DNA of 63,844 bases, filler included, from Octopus bimaculoides (GCF_001194135.2; 6 parts of 6 records of this genome joined end to end with filler, not necessarily neighbours in it), one strand, 5' to 3'; positions 1-12,577 are shown, numbered from the whole stretch's first letter. A program made the numbers and translations. Notes: a model not told the origin generated them from the letters alone.

Positions 1-52
<52 letters not shown>
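1..52. repeat. (TG)n microsatellite
   Basis: Pure TG run at the window start. Confidence 0.99.
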
Positions 53-56
<4 letters not shown>

Positions 57-517
57 GGAGTTTGTGAAAGTTTTATATGCACATACATTTGTAGGAAGAT
101 TGCTACATCTTTATGTATAGATATAAACAATATTGGATTTTTGTACCAGTGTATTATATGTATATGTGCATGTCCTTACATAACTTTTCAACTGACATTA
201 TAACATCTATAGAACTCTCAACCATTTTTTCTTTTTATTTAAATGATAAAAACAAAATTTAGGAAATAATCATGTTACGTAGATGGTAAAGGAATCGTAG
301 GAACGAAAATGTGCTTTGAAGTTCTACTTAGCAAAGCATTTCCCACGCGAAAATCATTTTAGTTTCCCAAATAAAACCACGTTCAATGAGTTGATGAAAG
401 AGTACAAATGTAGCTACTCGATTTGGTATAATTATCTGTCAAATCTCTTTCAATTTATACATTTACGGACCAGTATTATGTTTAAAAAACTTGATGCACT
501 CATAGATAATTATGTAG

Positions 518-540
518 GTAGATAGACAGACAGATAGAAT

Positions 541-632
<92 letters not shown>
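518..632. repeat. (GATA)n microsatellite
   Basis: Long GATA run with a few GACA variants. Confidence 0.98.
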
Positions 633-633
<1 letters not shown>

Positions 634-1068
634 GTGGTTGCGTCAGTAGGCAACTAGATAGACAGATACATACATGCATTTATACAAACATACATAGAAA
701 CAGATAGGTTAAACGGAGATCATCATAATTTCTTTTCAACCTGTACATTAAGGAATTTCTTTTAACCGCATTATATGAAGCTGTAATCATACTTAACGTA
801 TATTGATATATGACAGGAATTTTAAAAAGTCATTGATAAGAAGGTGTCTCAAAAAAATTTATTATGACTGTGACGGTTAGATACGCATTCTCAGAAAAAT
901 TATGTTGCATTAAAATACTATCTGCCATCGGACTGGTTCCACTAGCAAAGATTCCGCTTAATGTATATCAGTAAGCGACAGCTGTACACGATTGGTATGG
1001 TGTGGATTTAAACGACAAAAGTATTCTGAGCGAGTTCTAATTTTCTGGTTAGTTAACATCATCAAGGA

Positions 1069-1250
1069 TACAGTTCTATATTTAATAAGAGATGAGGAAT
1101 TATGTACATTATTTACATTTGACGGATATTTGTCCTCATCTTGTTTGTTGTTAACACAACATTTCGGCTGATATACCCTCTACCCTTCAACAGGTGTCTT
1201 GGGGAAATTTCGAACCTGGGTTCTTATTCCTAAGGTAATTTTTATCTATT
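1069..1250 (-). mobile_element. Penelope-like element terminal-repeat remnant (copy A)
   Basis: Near-identical to 9916-10070 (tacagttctatattt...gaggaattatgtacattatttacatttgacggatatttgtcctcatc...). Contains a hammerhead-like motif, as is typical of Penelope-like element pseudo-LTRs. Confidence 0.65.
1153..1198 (-). ncRNA. Degenerate minimal hammerhead ribozyme motif (copy A)
   Basis: Minus strand reads GACAC CUGUUGAA GGGUAG AGGGUAUA UCAGCC GAAAUGUU GUGUU. Core A6 is changed to U and stem II is partly broken. Confidence 0.45.
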
Positions 1251-1454
1251 GTTTAGGAAAATACTATTTACTTGTTTAAGCATTGTACGGATAAATTGCG
1301 AAAATACTAAGATATAAGCATACTCAATTTGATTTATACCAAATGATTTAGGAAAATGAATGGGTTATTTCCTTTGGCTATATATAAGGATACTTTCCAA
1401 GGGCAAATGGGTTATTCCCTTGGCTTTAAAAATATAATATATTAGATATATATA

Positions 1455-1636
1455 CGGGTCCCTTTCAAGGGGCCTATTATCGACATTTTTCAACAATGTG
1501 AGTATGCCATAAGGTTTCCAGACATGCATTCTACTCACGTGTCAAGTTTCATCAAAATCGATAAAACGATGTAGGAGGAGTTAGCTAACAACTCCACAAA
1601 CGCACCCACAGACAGAATTTCCCACATATCTAGTAG

Positions 1637-1638
<2 letters not shown>
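1455..1638 (+). mobile_element. Possible non-autonomous Helitron-like 3' end
   Basis: aagtttcatcaaaatcg...ggaggagtt...acaaac...cacagacag...tagtagat resembles, from memory, the 3' ends of Lep1-type rolling-circle non-autonomous elements. Confidence 0.35.
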
Positions 1639-1677
<39 letters not shown>

Positions 1678-2354
1678 CGTATGTATGTATGTGTGTATAT
1701 ATGTATATATATGAGTGTATATCTGTCCGTCTTTGTATATGTGTTTTTCCGCCACCACTGCTTGATAATTTATGTTTGCCTCCCCCTAAGTTAGCGGTTC
1801 GCCAAAAGGGACGATACATGAAGTACCAGGGTTTAAGAAATAAGTACTGGCGGAGGACGGGGATTCGATTAATTTGATTAAACGAAAATCAGTCTAATGA
1901 CTGCAACAAATAAAAGAGGAAACGTAAAAGATGTACATATATAGGTATGAGAGAAATTTTTGAGGCCCATTTCAGACTACTATAGTGTTTCAAAAACTGA
2001 AAATTCATTTTTTCAGTGTTAAGTCTGTCACCACTTTCAGAAAGTCGGTCCCCGTTGTTGTTTCACATTCGCCACTAATTTCTAATACTGATAATATTAG
2101 ACTATATGTATTGGCACATTTTAGCACCACAAATTATTCTCCTTATTGTAATTTGCAACAATATTACTGGATTTAATATCCTTTTATATGTCTACAGTAC
2201 TTTTATTGGCGTCTAAATAAATGTATCGTTTTAAATTGCATCTTTGCCTGCCAATTATTGTTTGTTATTTTTATATGATAAAGTGAAAATATAGTTTAAT
2301 TGATTTCTTTTATAACCAAATGTCCATATAAAATTTGAGTTGTTTTCTTCCAAC

Positions 2355-2416
2355 CCTTGTTCTCTGTCTCTCTCTCTCTTCTTTCTCTCTCTATCTCTCT
2401 CTTCTTTCTCTCTCTA

Positions 2417-2453
<37 letters not shown>

Positions 2454-2599
2454 CTCTCTCGCTCTCTCTCTTCTTTTTTATCTCTCTCACTTCTTCCCAC
2501 TTTATTTACCTATATATCTAATCGACTTTTAGAGATACTCCAGACATATACAAGTCCACACGCACGCACACGCGCGCTCTCCCTCTCTTTCTCCTTCCC

Positions 2600-2650
<51 letters not shown>

Positions 2651-2672
2651 AACATACACACACACGCGCACA
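2355..2672. repeat. Compound (CT)n/(CTAT)n/(CA)n microsatellite
   Basis: Directly visible; explains the spurious SL-rich ORFs at 2335-2693. Confidence 0.95.
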
Positions 2673-3499
2673 CAAGAATTGTTTACGAAATAAGAATTTT
2701 AAAAACTCTGAGGGGCGTGAAATAATTCGTTTGTAAAGGTGGAACTCGAAGCAGATAAAACTATAGACAATAGCGTGTAGAATAAATATTTGGTTGAAAA
2801 CATCATTGGCTAGAAAAAATTCGAAGGCTGATATTTTCTATGCAAAGCCTTTTTCTATACCAAATATTTACATGCTATTATTCGTAGTTTCATCTACTTC
2901 GAGTCACACTGTAAGCAACAAATTATATACACACTTACGCAAACATGCGTGTATTTGTTTGTGTATCTGTCTGTCTATCTGTCTGTGAGCGTGTGTCTAT
3001 GTGATTTATTCATATATTGCTGCACTTTTGCCAAAATCTGAAGTCAATATTGATCTCTTATTTTTGAGAAAGTTACACAATGTCTTTTAGTACAGGAAAG
3101 ATATTTTTTGAAGCAGTTTCAACGAGTTTACTTGATGTGCCAAGTTTAGCAGCCAAATTTTTCTCAGATTAGATCCTATTTTCATCAAAGAAGGAAACAA
3201 ATGCCTAAGTGTATGGAATCATGTTATAGTTCATACAAAGAGTCTAAAAGGAAACAAAGACAATGGATCTTCGTAGCAAAAACGCTTTTAGTATAAGGTC
3301 CAATGGCAAGGCAGGACTAATATGTAGAATCTCGCTTAGTAGCCTGTGTTTCCGAGATCGGACTCTCTGTGTGGTACTTTGCGCAAGTGTCATCTACTTT
3401 AGACCCTGAGTGTATTTTGGTGGAAGGGAAACTGTATGGAATGCTGTTGTTTTTTTTTTTGGTATATTTATATTCATATAGTATATATATATATATATA

Positions 3500-3890
3500 T
3501 CGTGGTGGCACTCCGTCGGTTACGACGGCGAGGGTTCCAGTTGATCCGATCAACGTAACAGCCTGCTTGTTAAATTAACGTGCAAGTGGCTGAGCACTCC
3601 ACAGATACGTGTACCCTTAGCGTAGTTTTCGGGGAGATTCAGCCTGCCACAGAGTGTGACAAGGCTGGCCCCTTTGAAATACAGGTACAACAGAAACAGG
3701 AGGAAAGTGTGAGAGAAAGCTGTGGTGAAAGAGTACACCAGGGTTCGCCACCACCCCATGTCGGAGCCTTGTGGAGCTTTAGGTGTTTTCGCTCAATAAA
3801 CGCACAACGCCCGGTCTGCGAGTAGAAACCGTGATCCTATAACCGTGAGTCCGCTACCCTATCCGTTTCTGCCAGCTCACCGCCTTAGAT
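3500..3890 (-). mobile_element. tRNA-derived SINE (family D), with a short family-B head fragment at its right end
   Basis: Minus strand has a tRNA-like head (tagggtagcggactcacggttataggatcacggtttctactcgcagaccggg) and a tail ending ...ggaaccctcgccgtcgtaaccgacggagtgcca next to (TA)n. Confidence 0.6.
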
Positions 3891-4684
3891 GTATACACTA
3901 TTTTGAAGGGAAAATTTAGGTATTATAAGACACAGTGTTACCGAATATTAAATCATATTCGCTATTATTTCATACGGAAAGGAAGACTCACCTTTAATAC
4001 TATTATAAGGAAGACTGTACAATGTAAACCACATGAAATTCCGATCACGAAGGAAAGGATAAAAACACCACGAATAGCAGAAATTTGTCACGAAGTACAA
4101 ACGGAAATAATAGATATGTCAAGATATTTTCATTACGGTCAAATATTCACAGGTGTAGCTAAGACACTACTAAATATAGCAAATCTTTGCAGCATATCTT
4201 TGTTTCACTTGTTGCAACTCCACGTGAGTGATTGTATAAAATATATTCACATCTCCTATCGCACCTGGAAATTTTCAGGTAAAATTTAGATATATTGTGA
4301 ACCCTGTAAAAGCTAAATAAAGTAATATTGTACGGATTCATGTTTTTAAGGAATTTATACACGAATAGCCTTTATGTTCAACTTTCTTTGAATGTTTCTG
4401 TATTTATTATTTTCCTGCTTCTCCACTGAAGTTATTCCATACGTTTCTATATATCTACTTTTAGCACGCAATATCTCTACTTGTTCCTCCATCTTGATAT
4501 TCATCACTCTGTTTAAAATCGTCGAGCCGCACCTATATGCATGCGCAAACACACACACATACACACACACACACAGAGATATATATACACACATTATTTA
4601 TATTTGCATTTACATACATATATACACACTCATATACATATTTATGTACTTATACATATAAACACACACATATATATCAACATA

Positions 4685-4718
<34 letters not shown>

Positions 4719-4722
<4 letters not shown>

Positions 4723-5100
4723 ACTTGTTTCAGTCATGTGAATGCGGCCATGCTGGAGCACCGCCTTTAGTCGAGCAAATCGACCCTAGGACTTATTCTT
4801 TGGGAGCCTAGTACTTATTCTATCGGTCTCTTTTGTTGAACCGCTAAGTTACCGGGACGTAAAGACACCAGCATCTATTGTCAAGCGATGTTGGGGGGAC
4901 AAACACAGACACACAAACACACATATGTATATACATATATACGACGGGCTTCTTTCAGTTTCCGTCTACCAAATCCACTCACAAGGCTTTGGTTGGCCCG
5001 AGGCTATAGTAGAAAACACTTGCCCAAGTTGCCACGCAATGGGACTGAACCGGGAACCATGTGGTTGGTAAGCAAGCTACTTACCACACAGCCACTCCTG
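4719..5100 (-). mobile_element. tRNA-derived SINE family A, full length
   Basis: Head caggagtggctgtgtggtaag (A-box-like) and GGTTCAGTCC (B-box-like), internal TA/TG tract, tail ggtgctccagcatggccgc...tgactgaaacaagtaaaa. Many copies occur in the window. Confidence 0.9.
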
Positions 5101-6169
5101 TATATATGCATGTATGTATATTCAGGCGCATGTGTCCGTGTGTTGGTGTTGGTGTTGTTGTACACACGTGTGTAGGTTTGTTGTTTTCCAGGAAGCATGT
5201 TAAGTTAAAAATCGGTCCGTAAATATTATGAATGTAATTAATGGTTAACCTTTTAAATTATCTACCGGAACCTCTGATCAGTCAATGAATGATGCGTAAT
5301 TTGTGCTTTTCTTGTGAAGGATTTACAACAGGAAGCTGTTAATGTATAAGTGAAAGACAGAAAGAACTCTATCCACAATAAACAACACTAATGAGAGTCG
5401 TGTTTGCATTCAATATTATTGATTGTGGGGCGTTGTATGTTAAATGTGGAAGAGTGAATTATGGGATAGCTGTTGTATTGTAATCGGTTGGCTTTTAGAA
5501 ATTTATGTTACATCTTGATTGCTTTCCATTGAATAATTGAATATGACTTTATACTCGCGCACGTATATATTTACACCTGCAAATACACGTTTCTGTTAAG
5601 AGAAAATTTATACAAAGAAATGTATTAATATATACATAATACCTTCATAGTTGCTCCAAACAACCAGATTATTTAATTTCTGAAATCAGGAGTACATCTC
5701 AGAGTCTAATACATCTCTGTTACTATACATCTTAATAAATTGGGTTGGTTTCATAAAATTAACACTCTAATCTCATAAATTTCAGTAACACAATGTGTTC
5801 TCACCTTGTCTCACTTTGTTTCCTCCACCTCATTTTATCTTTTACTCTTTCACTTTTCTGGCTCCTCTGAAGAAACGCTTTCTAAGCGTCTTTGCTGTTA
5901 TTATTCCAACGTAGTTCCCAAATTCTTCGCTTAACATCATATTCAATCTATCTTGTACTAAACTGTATTTATATAAAATTCCTGGCCTCTCAGTCATATT
6001 TTACTAAGATTTAAATCTTGTAACCTTGAAGCTGTACATGGAGAAATCGACCAGTCTAATGGAGAGACAGTAAGAGGCTCTGAACTCGCTTCTTCACTTT
6101 CGAATGAATAACAAGTCATTGAGGAAGTTCCCATTTCCGCTTGCTAGATTTGGTATTTACACATAAATC

Positions 6170-6246
6170 CTTCACATAACTGAGAACTTCACATAACTGA
6201 GAACTTCACATAACTGAGAACTGAGACTTCACATAACTGAGAACTT
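6170..6246. repeat. 17-bp minisatellite (acttcacataactgaga), ~4 units
   Basis: Direct tandem copies with one ctgag interruption. Confidence 0.9.
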
Positions 6247-7174
6247 ATCCTGGGTTTGCAGCAATGTAGAGTCATTTTCTTTTTTTCTAGTGTGTCGTCT
6301 CCATTTATTTTAAATAACCGCATTAGATAGAAGGGAAATTAGGCTGTTCGAGTAACGATGTAAAGCTCCTTCATTACTCGTCTGGAGTCTGACGAATGCA
6401 GTAAAAACATGAAAAACAAGCAAATTTCAGTGCTTTGAGAAGGAATGTTCAGGATACGTTTTTATTGTGGTGTGTGTTAGTTTTTCCAATTCATGTTTTC
6501 TACGCAACGAAAATTTAGAAAAAATAAATAAGTAAATGAGTGGAAATCGAACCGGTGAGTGTGTTAAATAATAAGGCACTACAAGAGGATGACTCTCCCC
6601 AGACACAATAATTATATTTTGGAAGCCCCGTAATAGCTTCCCTTCATTTTAATTTGATCAGGCTATATCACATCGCAAAATGCCAAACGGCAGATTACAG
6701 CATGCAGATGACGTAATCTGGTTTCGTGTTAAGTCACCTGCAGGCTAATTACAGAACATTCCAACTCTATTAGACAAATCATAAGTATTACTTCATATAT
6801 ATTAAATCATATATATTACAGACATGATATGTGACAGATTTCAGTTCACAGAACGAAGTATACTCTATGTTAGTGTCGAGAACTAATTAATTCCTCTCTT
6901 AATCAAACAGTTTTAATTCTTCCCTTCAAGTTAGGGGTTACTTGATAATTTAATGGAAAGGGCAGTTTTCGCAATTTATTCACGCAGGAAATCAAGATTT
7001 TCACTAAAAGCTCTCTTGTCGTTCTTGTTTAGTGACCGCTCTGTTATACACTGTATACTAAGAACGATGGAAAGCAATTATAATTTTTTTTTATTTAGTT
7101 ATATATTTATTTACTGTTATACAGTCTTTCAGTAAATCTCTTTTTGTAGATTTATCATCGTATCACTGTGTAAC

Positions 7175-8010
7175 CAGGCGGAGACCTGGCTATGTGGTTA
7201 AGAAACTCGCTTTCCAGCCATTAGGTTTCGAGTTTAGTCTTGCTATGCGGCACCTTGCGCAAATGCCTTCTACTATACTTCAGTCAACCAATCTATTTTT
7301 TCTTCTACTCTAGGCACAAGGCCCGAAATTTTCGGAGAGCGGCCAGTCGATTAGATCGGCCCCAGTACGCGACTGGTATTTAATTTATCGACCCCGAAAT
7401 GATGAAAGGCAAAGTCGACCTCGGCGGAAATTGAACTCGGAACGTAAAGGCGGACGAAATACCGGTAAGCATTTCGCCCGACGTGCTACCGTTTCTGCCA
7501 GCTCGCTGCCTTTAAAATACGCTTTTCTACTCTAGGCACAAGGCCCGAAATTTTGGTGGGAGGGGCCAGTCAATTAGATTGACCCCAGTACGCAACTGGT
7601 TGAAAGGCAAAGTCGACCTCTGTGGAATTTGAACTCAGAACGTAAAGACTGACGAAATACCGCTAAGCATTTCGCCCAGCGTGCTAACGATTCTGCCAGC
7701 TCGCCGCCATTAGTCAAACAATCTATTTTGAGTGGATGTAGTAAACGGAAACATTGTGGAATCCCGTCGTATAAATACACATGTGTGTGTGGACGTGTGT
7801 TTCTTTTCTTTGTGTTTCTTCCTTTTCCACCGCTTGAGAACCGATGTTGCTTTGTTCACATGCTCGCAACATGGCGCAACCTCAAAGAGACCAACGTGAT
7901 CATTACCAGCGGCAGGTTTATTTTTCGACTAAAACCCCCTCAAAGCGATGCCTCAACATGACCACAGTCCACTCAGTGAAACATCTACAAGATAATAGAT
8001 AAAACGTGTT
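7175..8010 (+). mobile_element. Old SINE family A copy interrupted by a SINE B pair
   Basis: Head at 7175-7299 resumes at 7712 (gagtggatgtagtaaacggaaac) and ends in a degenerate A-type tail near 8000. Confidence 0.7.
7300..7711 (-). mobile_element. Head-to-tail pair of SINE family B copies flanked by an 18-bp target-site duplication
   Basis: Two copies of ggcggcgagctggcagaa(a/t)cg...gtcgactttgcctttca...ccttgtgcctagagtagaa. The flanks agtcaaccaatctatttt (7282-7299) and agtcaaacaatctatttt (7712-7729) differ by one base. Confidence 0.85.
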
Positions 8011-9915
8011 GAAAAATTGTTCTTTCTTATCATTGTCACGTTTCTAATACTTTTGGCCGTTGTGGTTTTTCTCGTTGTAAATAGTCTGCCAAATATGGTT
8101 ATGTTTTTTGTTGCGTTTGTTCTTGTTTCGAGATCAGCGGAAAAGTTGCTTCGGACGCATTACTATAAAAGAAGTGGTATCACGGACTTAACGGTATGTG
8201 GACGTTTTGGGATTCTTTTTCTTTTCTCTTTTCTTCTTTTAACGTCCAGCGTAAGTTATCCTACGCTGAACGTTATGGAGATGGGAACAAAGCAACACCG
8301 GTTCTCCAGTGGTGGAAATGGAGTAAACACGAACCCAAAAGCGCATGTCCACACACACACACACACACANNNNNNNNNNACACACACACACACACACACG
8401 TGTATGCTTTGGACGAAACAGGATTTTGCTTGATATCCCTTGTATATGAAGGGCTTTCAGCTTTTAATTTACCTCCCAAACGCTCGAAGCGGAAGTTACC
8501 TGTACAAAAAATATATTAGAATTGATAATCTCATTTAGCAATAAAACAATCAAATGATTGGCAGGATTATTGCATCTCACTGTTTTCAACCAAGGAACTG
8601 AAGAATAAATGCTAAAATATTCTCATCTTTAATTATATTATTTCCGTTACATTTCTATAAATAGGCCATCTTCCATTGTTTTAGCAAAAAAGATTTTAGC
8701 ATATTAGATTCATACAGATATGAATATATGAATAACTTTAATCCTATGCACGCGCATGCGTGTACGTGTGTCCATGTTTGCAGGCGTTTTGCTTTATATA
8801 TGTGTGCCTATGTGTGTATACGTATGCGACGTTTCCGTGCCTCTATTTATTCATTATGTATGAGGAAGGTTACAAGGTGAAGGCTGGAAAGTTGTAGATC
8901 CGAGGTTCTCTGTTTTAGATTTAGAGGCGTATTCGACATTAAGGCGCCATTCCTCTAATGGAAAATAATACTAATCAATAAGAATTATCTGCTAAACCAT
9001 AAATCCTTCGAGCTATAGGTCTCTGTTTATCATTCCCGTCTATCACACTAAGATGTTAAACAAAAGATTTAAAGCATAATTTTATCTAAGCTATTCAAAT
9101 AATAGAAATACATGCTGAAGGAATTAATAGATACATGGATGAAGGAATTAATAGAACAGGAGAAATCATTTTCTGTCATTCAGTTATGGCTTTTAATATT
9201 TTATTTTCTGGCTTTACTTCTCGTTCAGATCAACTTTGACTAAATAATTGTTAAGTTGTAAGTATAAGAACCTTCTAAGTTCAGAGGTTGATATTTAATA
9301 GATAATGTTACTGTAGCCATGCTCTGGTATGCCAACAATAACATGACTGGAAGCAGTGCAAGTATATAAATTCAAACATAATTAGTTTCACTATCTATGT
9401 ACCGCAAATTAGTATATATTGTCTTGTTGTGTTGTTTCTATGTTTTTTTCTCCTATTTTGTCGCGCATCTAATCTGATTTCCTCATTATATAATTATTTT
9501 ATTAATGAAGCTGGCGCCTGTCCTTATTTTTCATCGTATTTTGTCGAGCCCTAGGAATCACAAGGCCTGTTACTTTGACACAAAGTTTACCAAAACATCA
9601 ATGTTTTCCCTGAACGGAAGATCAGTTCGTTGCCAAGTTCAAGTGCAACAATTTTGAGGGGAAGGGGTAAATCAATTACCTTAGTCCTAATACTTGTCTG
9701 GTACGTTATTCTATCGACCCGAAAGGGGATGAAACGTCAAGTTCATCTCGGCAAGATTTTAACTAAGAACGTTAAAGAGTCGAAAAATAAGGATTTTGTC
9801 CGCCGCACTTAAGAGTTTACCAACTCACTGCTTTACCTTTATCATTAACCGGTTTTAATTTTGCTTTGCAGTTATTTGTCTGTAATTTAATGAACCGGAA
9901 ACATTATTCTGGATT

Positions 9916-10070
9916 ATACAGTTCTATATTTAAGAGATGAGGAATTATGTACATTATTTACATTTGACGGATATTTGTCCTCATCTTTTTTGTTGTTAAC
10001 ACAACGTTTCGGCTGATATACCCTCCAGCCTCCATCAGGTGTCATGGGGAACCCAGTTTCGAAATTTACC
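9916..10070 (-). mobile_element. Penelope-like element terminal-repeat remnant (copy B)
   Basis: Same repeat as 1069-1250; carries the acgtttcgg...gcc..catcagg motif. Confidence 0.7.
9998..10043 (-). ncRNA. Minimal type I hammerhead ribozyme fold (copy B, one core mutation)
   Basis: Minus strand reads GACAC CUGAUGGA GGCUGG AGGGUAUA UCAGCC GAAACGUU GUGUU. Stem I is GACAC/GUGUU, stem II is 6 bp, and palindromic AACGUU replaces stem III. Core A9 is changed to G. Confidence 0.65.
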
Positions 10071-10154
10071 CAACAACAAGCAAGTTGAGGACAAATATCT
10101 GTCAAAGGTAAATAATGTAAATAATTATTCTGGATTGTTTTAACTGTTACTATT

Positions 10155-10335
10155 GGCGGAATCGTTAGCACGTTGGACAAATTGCTTCGCGACATTTCGT
10201 CCGTCCTTACGTTCAAATTCAGCTGAGGTCAACTTTGTCTTTTATCCTTTCGGGGTCGACAAATTAAGTATCAGTGAAACATTGGGGTCGATGTAATCGA
10301 CTACGCCCCTCCCGCAAAATTTCAGGCTTTGTGGA
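10155..10335 (+). mobile_element. SINE family B copy
   Basis: ggcggaatcgttagcacg...ttcaaattcagctgaggtcaactttg...ggggtcgatgtaatcgact. Confidence 0.8.
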
Positions 10336-10521
10336 AATGATTATTCACCCGAAGAATAACAAGAACACTTTCCTTGCTAAGAAGCATACCACATTTTTCA
10401 ATGCTATGAACCTAGAGCAGTACATTGGTCTCTTCCTCTCCTCTCTACTCTACTATAAAAATATAATTTTCTTATAGGAACAGGTATGGCTGTGTGATTA
10501 ACGAGACTGTTTTGCAACCGG

Positions 10522-10848
10522 GTGGAGCACCACCTTTAGTCGAACAAATCGCCCCACCCCCCACGACTTATCCTTTGTAAGCCTATTATTTTATAGGTCC
10601 CTTTTGCTGAAGCGCTAATGTTACGGAGACATAAACACACCAACATCGGTTGTCAAACGATGGTGGGGAAACAAACACAGACACACGAATATATTCATAT
10701 TCAGTTTCCCTCTACCAAATCCACTCACAAGGCTGTGGTCGGCCCGAGGCTATAGTAGAAGACACTTGCCCAGGGTGCCACACAGTGGGAATGAACCCGG
10801 ACCCATGTGGTTGGTAAGCAAGCAACTTATCACTCAGCTACTCCTGCG
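10522..10848 (-). mobile_element. SINE family A copy
   Basis: Colinear with 4719-5100. Confidence 0.85.
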
Positions 10849-11039
10849 TCTATATTTAACTTTTATTATTATCAGTTGCAGCTGAGCAGTTAAGGTATTA
10901 GATTAAGGATCGTGAGGTCATTGTTTCGATTCCTGGAGAAGGTAACGAGTTGCTGCCATGAGAAAGGCACATCATTTCACAATTTCACATCGCTCCAGCT
11001 TGCTTACCTGAAACTCAGTACCAGTCAAGGGCTGGTGTA

Positions 11040-11077
<38 letters not shown>

Positions 11078-11095
11078 NNNNNNNNNNCTGGTGTA

Positions 11096-11133
<38 letters not shown>

Positions 11134-12546
11134 GCTGTCACATGTTCGATATTGCGCTGGTTAAGACTGAAAGGGCTGAGAGCTTCTCCACCTAATAGAG
11201 TCACTTTTAAGAGATCGCTATAGATTCTCTATAGAATTTAGAGCCAGCATGGAAAGGTTACGACATTTCTAATACGAATATGCCAATGTAAACAATGCGA
11301 TCAAACACAGAAAAGTAGGCTGTGGGAGTTTCATAAATATTGCTTTTTCTTTTTTTTCAGCAGCGTCTCGAACCTATTAACTATCCACAGACCTATTGCT
11401 TAAATAGATTTGAAGTTGAGCGATGTCACACTATTGGACAGACCAATTTACACTTAAAAGGAACAGAATCCCACTGGAAACACAAATGGCGGAAAACAGA
11501 AATGACTTATAATGATTACTGAACGAAATACGATGTCTTTCCAAGTAACGAACCGAGTACAATACAAGCTCCTACAATAATTAGTGAAAGAATGATATAT
11601 GCTACAAAGCCAAACACGTTTACGCGTGATCCCTAAGGGTGATTATTTGGCCCACTGAGTTAACAGGCGCCACACTCATCTGCAGAAACATCTTGATACC
11701 CACGAGCTAGGAATGAAAACCCATTCGCTGTGTGTTTTAACGTCTTATCGACTTAACGCGCTGCAACTCTTTTCTAAAAATAAGACGTTGAAGTAAAAAG
11801 AAACAAACAAAAAAAACGCCATCTTTTGTTCCGTTAATGTTTCCTTTATTATATCTTAGAATTTATAACTCACGAAAAACAATTTGTTTCTGGTTTGAAT
11901 ACAACATTAATAAAAAAAAAAATTCCAATGTGCAAACAGCGTATTAAGTAACAGATATCNNNNNNNNNNNNNNNNNNNNNNNNNNNNNNNNNNNNNNNNN
12001 NNNNNNNNNNNNNNNNNNNNNNNNNNNNNNNNNNNNNNNNNNNNNNNNNNNNNNNNNNNNNNNNNNNNNNNNNNNNNNNNNNNNNNNNNNNNNNNNNNNN
12101 NNNNNNNNNNNNNNNNNNNNNNNNNNNNNNNNNNNNNNNNNNNNNNNNNNNNNNNNNNNNNNNNNNNNNNNNNNNNNNNNNNNNNNNNNNNNNNNNNNNN
12201 NNNNNNNNNNNNNNNNNNNNNNNNNNNNNNNNNNNNNNNNNNNNNNNNNNNNNNNNNNNNNNNNNNNNNNNNNNNNNNNNNNNNNNNNNNNNNNNNNNNN
12301 NNNNNNNNNNNNNNNNNNNNNNNNNNNNNNNNNNNNNNNNNNNNNNNNNNNNNNNNNNNNNNNNNNNNNNNNNNNNNNNNNNNNNNNNNNNNNNNNNNNN
12401 NNNNNNNNNNNNNNNNNNNNNNNNNNNNNNNNNNNNNNNNNNNNNNNNNNNNNNNNNNNNNNNNNNNNNNNNNNNNNNNNNNNNNNNNNNNNNNNNNNNN
12501 NNNNNNNNNNNNNNNNNNNNNNNNNNNNNNNNNNNNNNNNNNNNNN

Positions 12547-12577
<31 letters not shown>

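Noticed and set aside
6-203. Numerous short ORFs rich in CV, YI, HT or SL, and ORFs spanning N runs
   Set aside because: Translations of microsatellites or gaps; no protein signal.
5960-6070. Possible BEL/Pao fragment (minus strand CTASRLQDLNLSKI*LRGQEF, like SRG...W..GP.FL)
   Set aside because: A single short motif with no supporting neighbouring domains.
11028-11130. Direct repeat ctggtgtagtactctctc... on both sides of a short N run; likewise 62179-62300 and 8350-8400
   Set aside because: Identical sequence flanking a 10-N gap indicates an unmerged contig overlap, not a real duplication.
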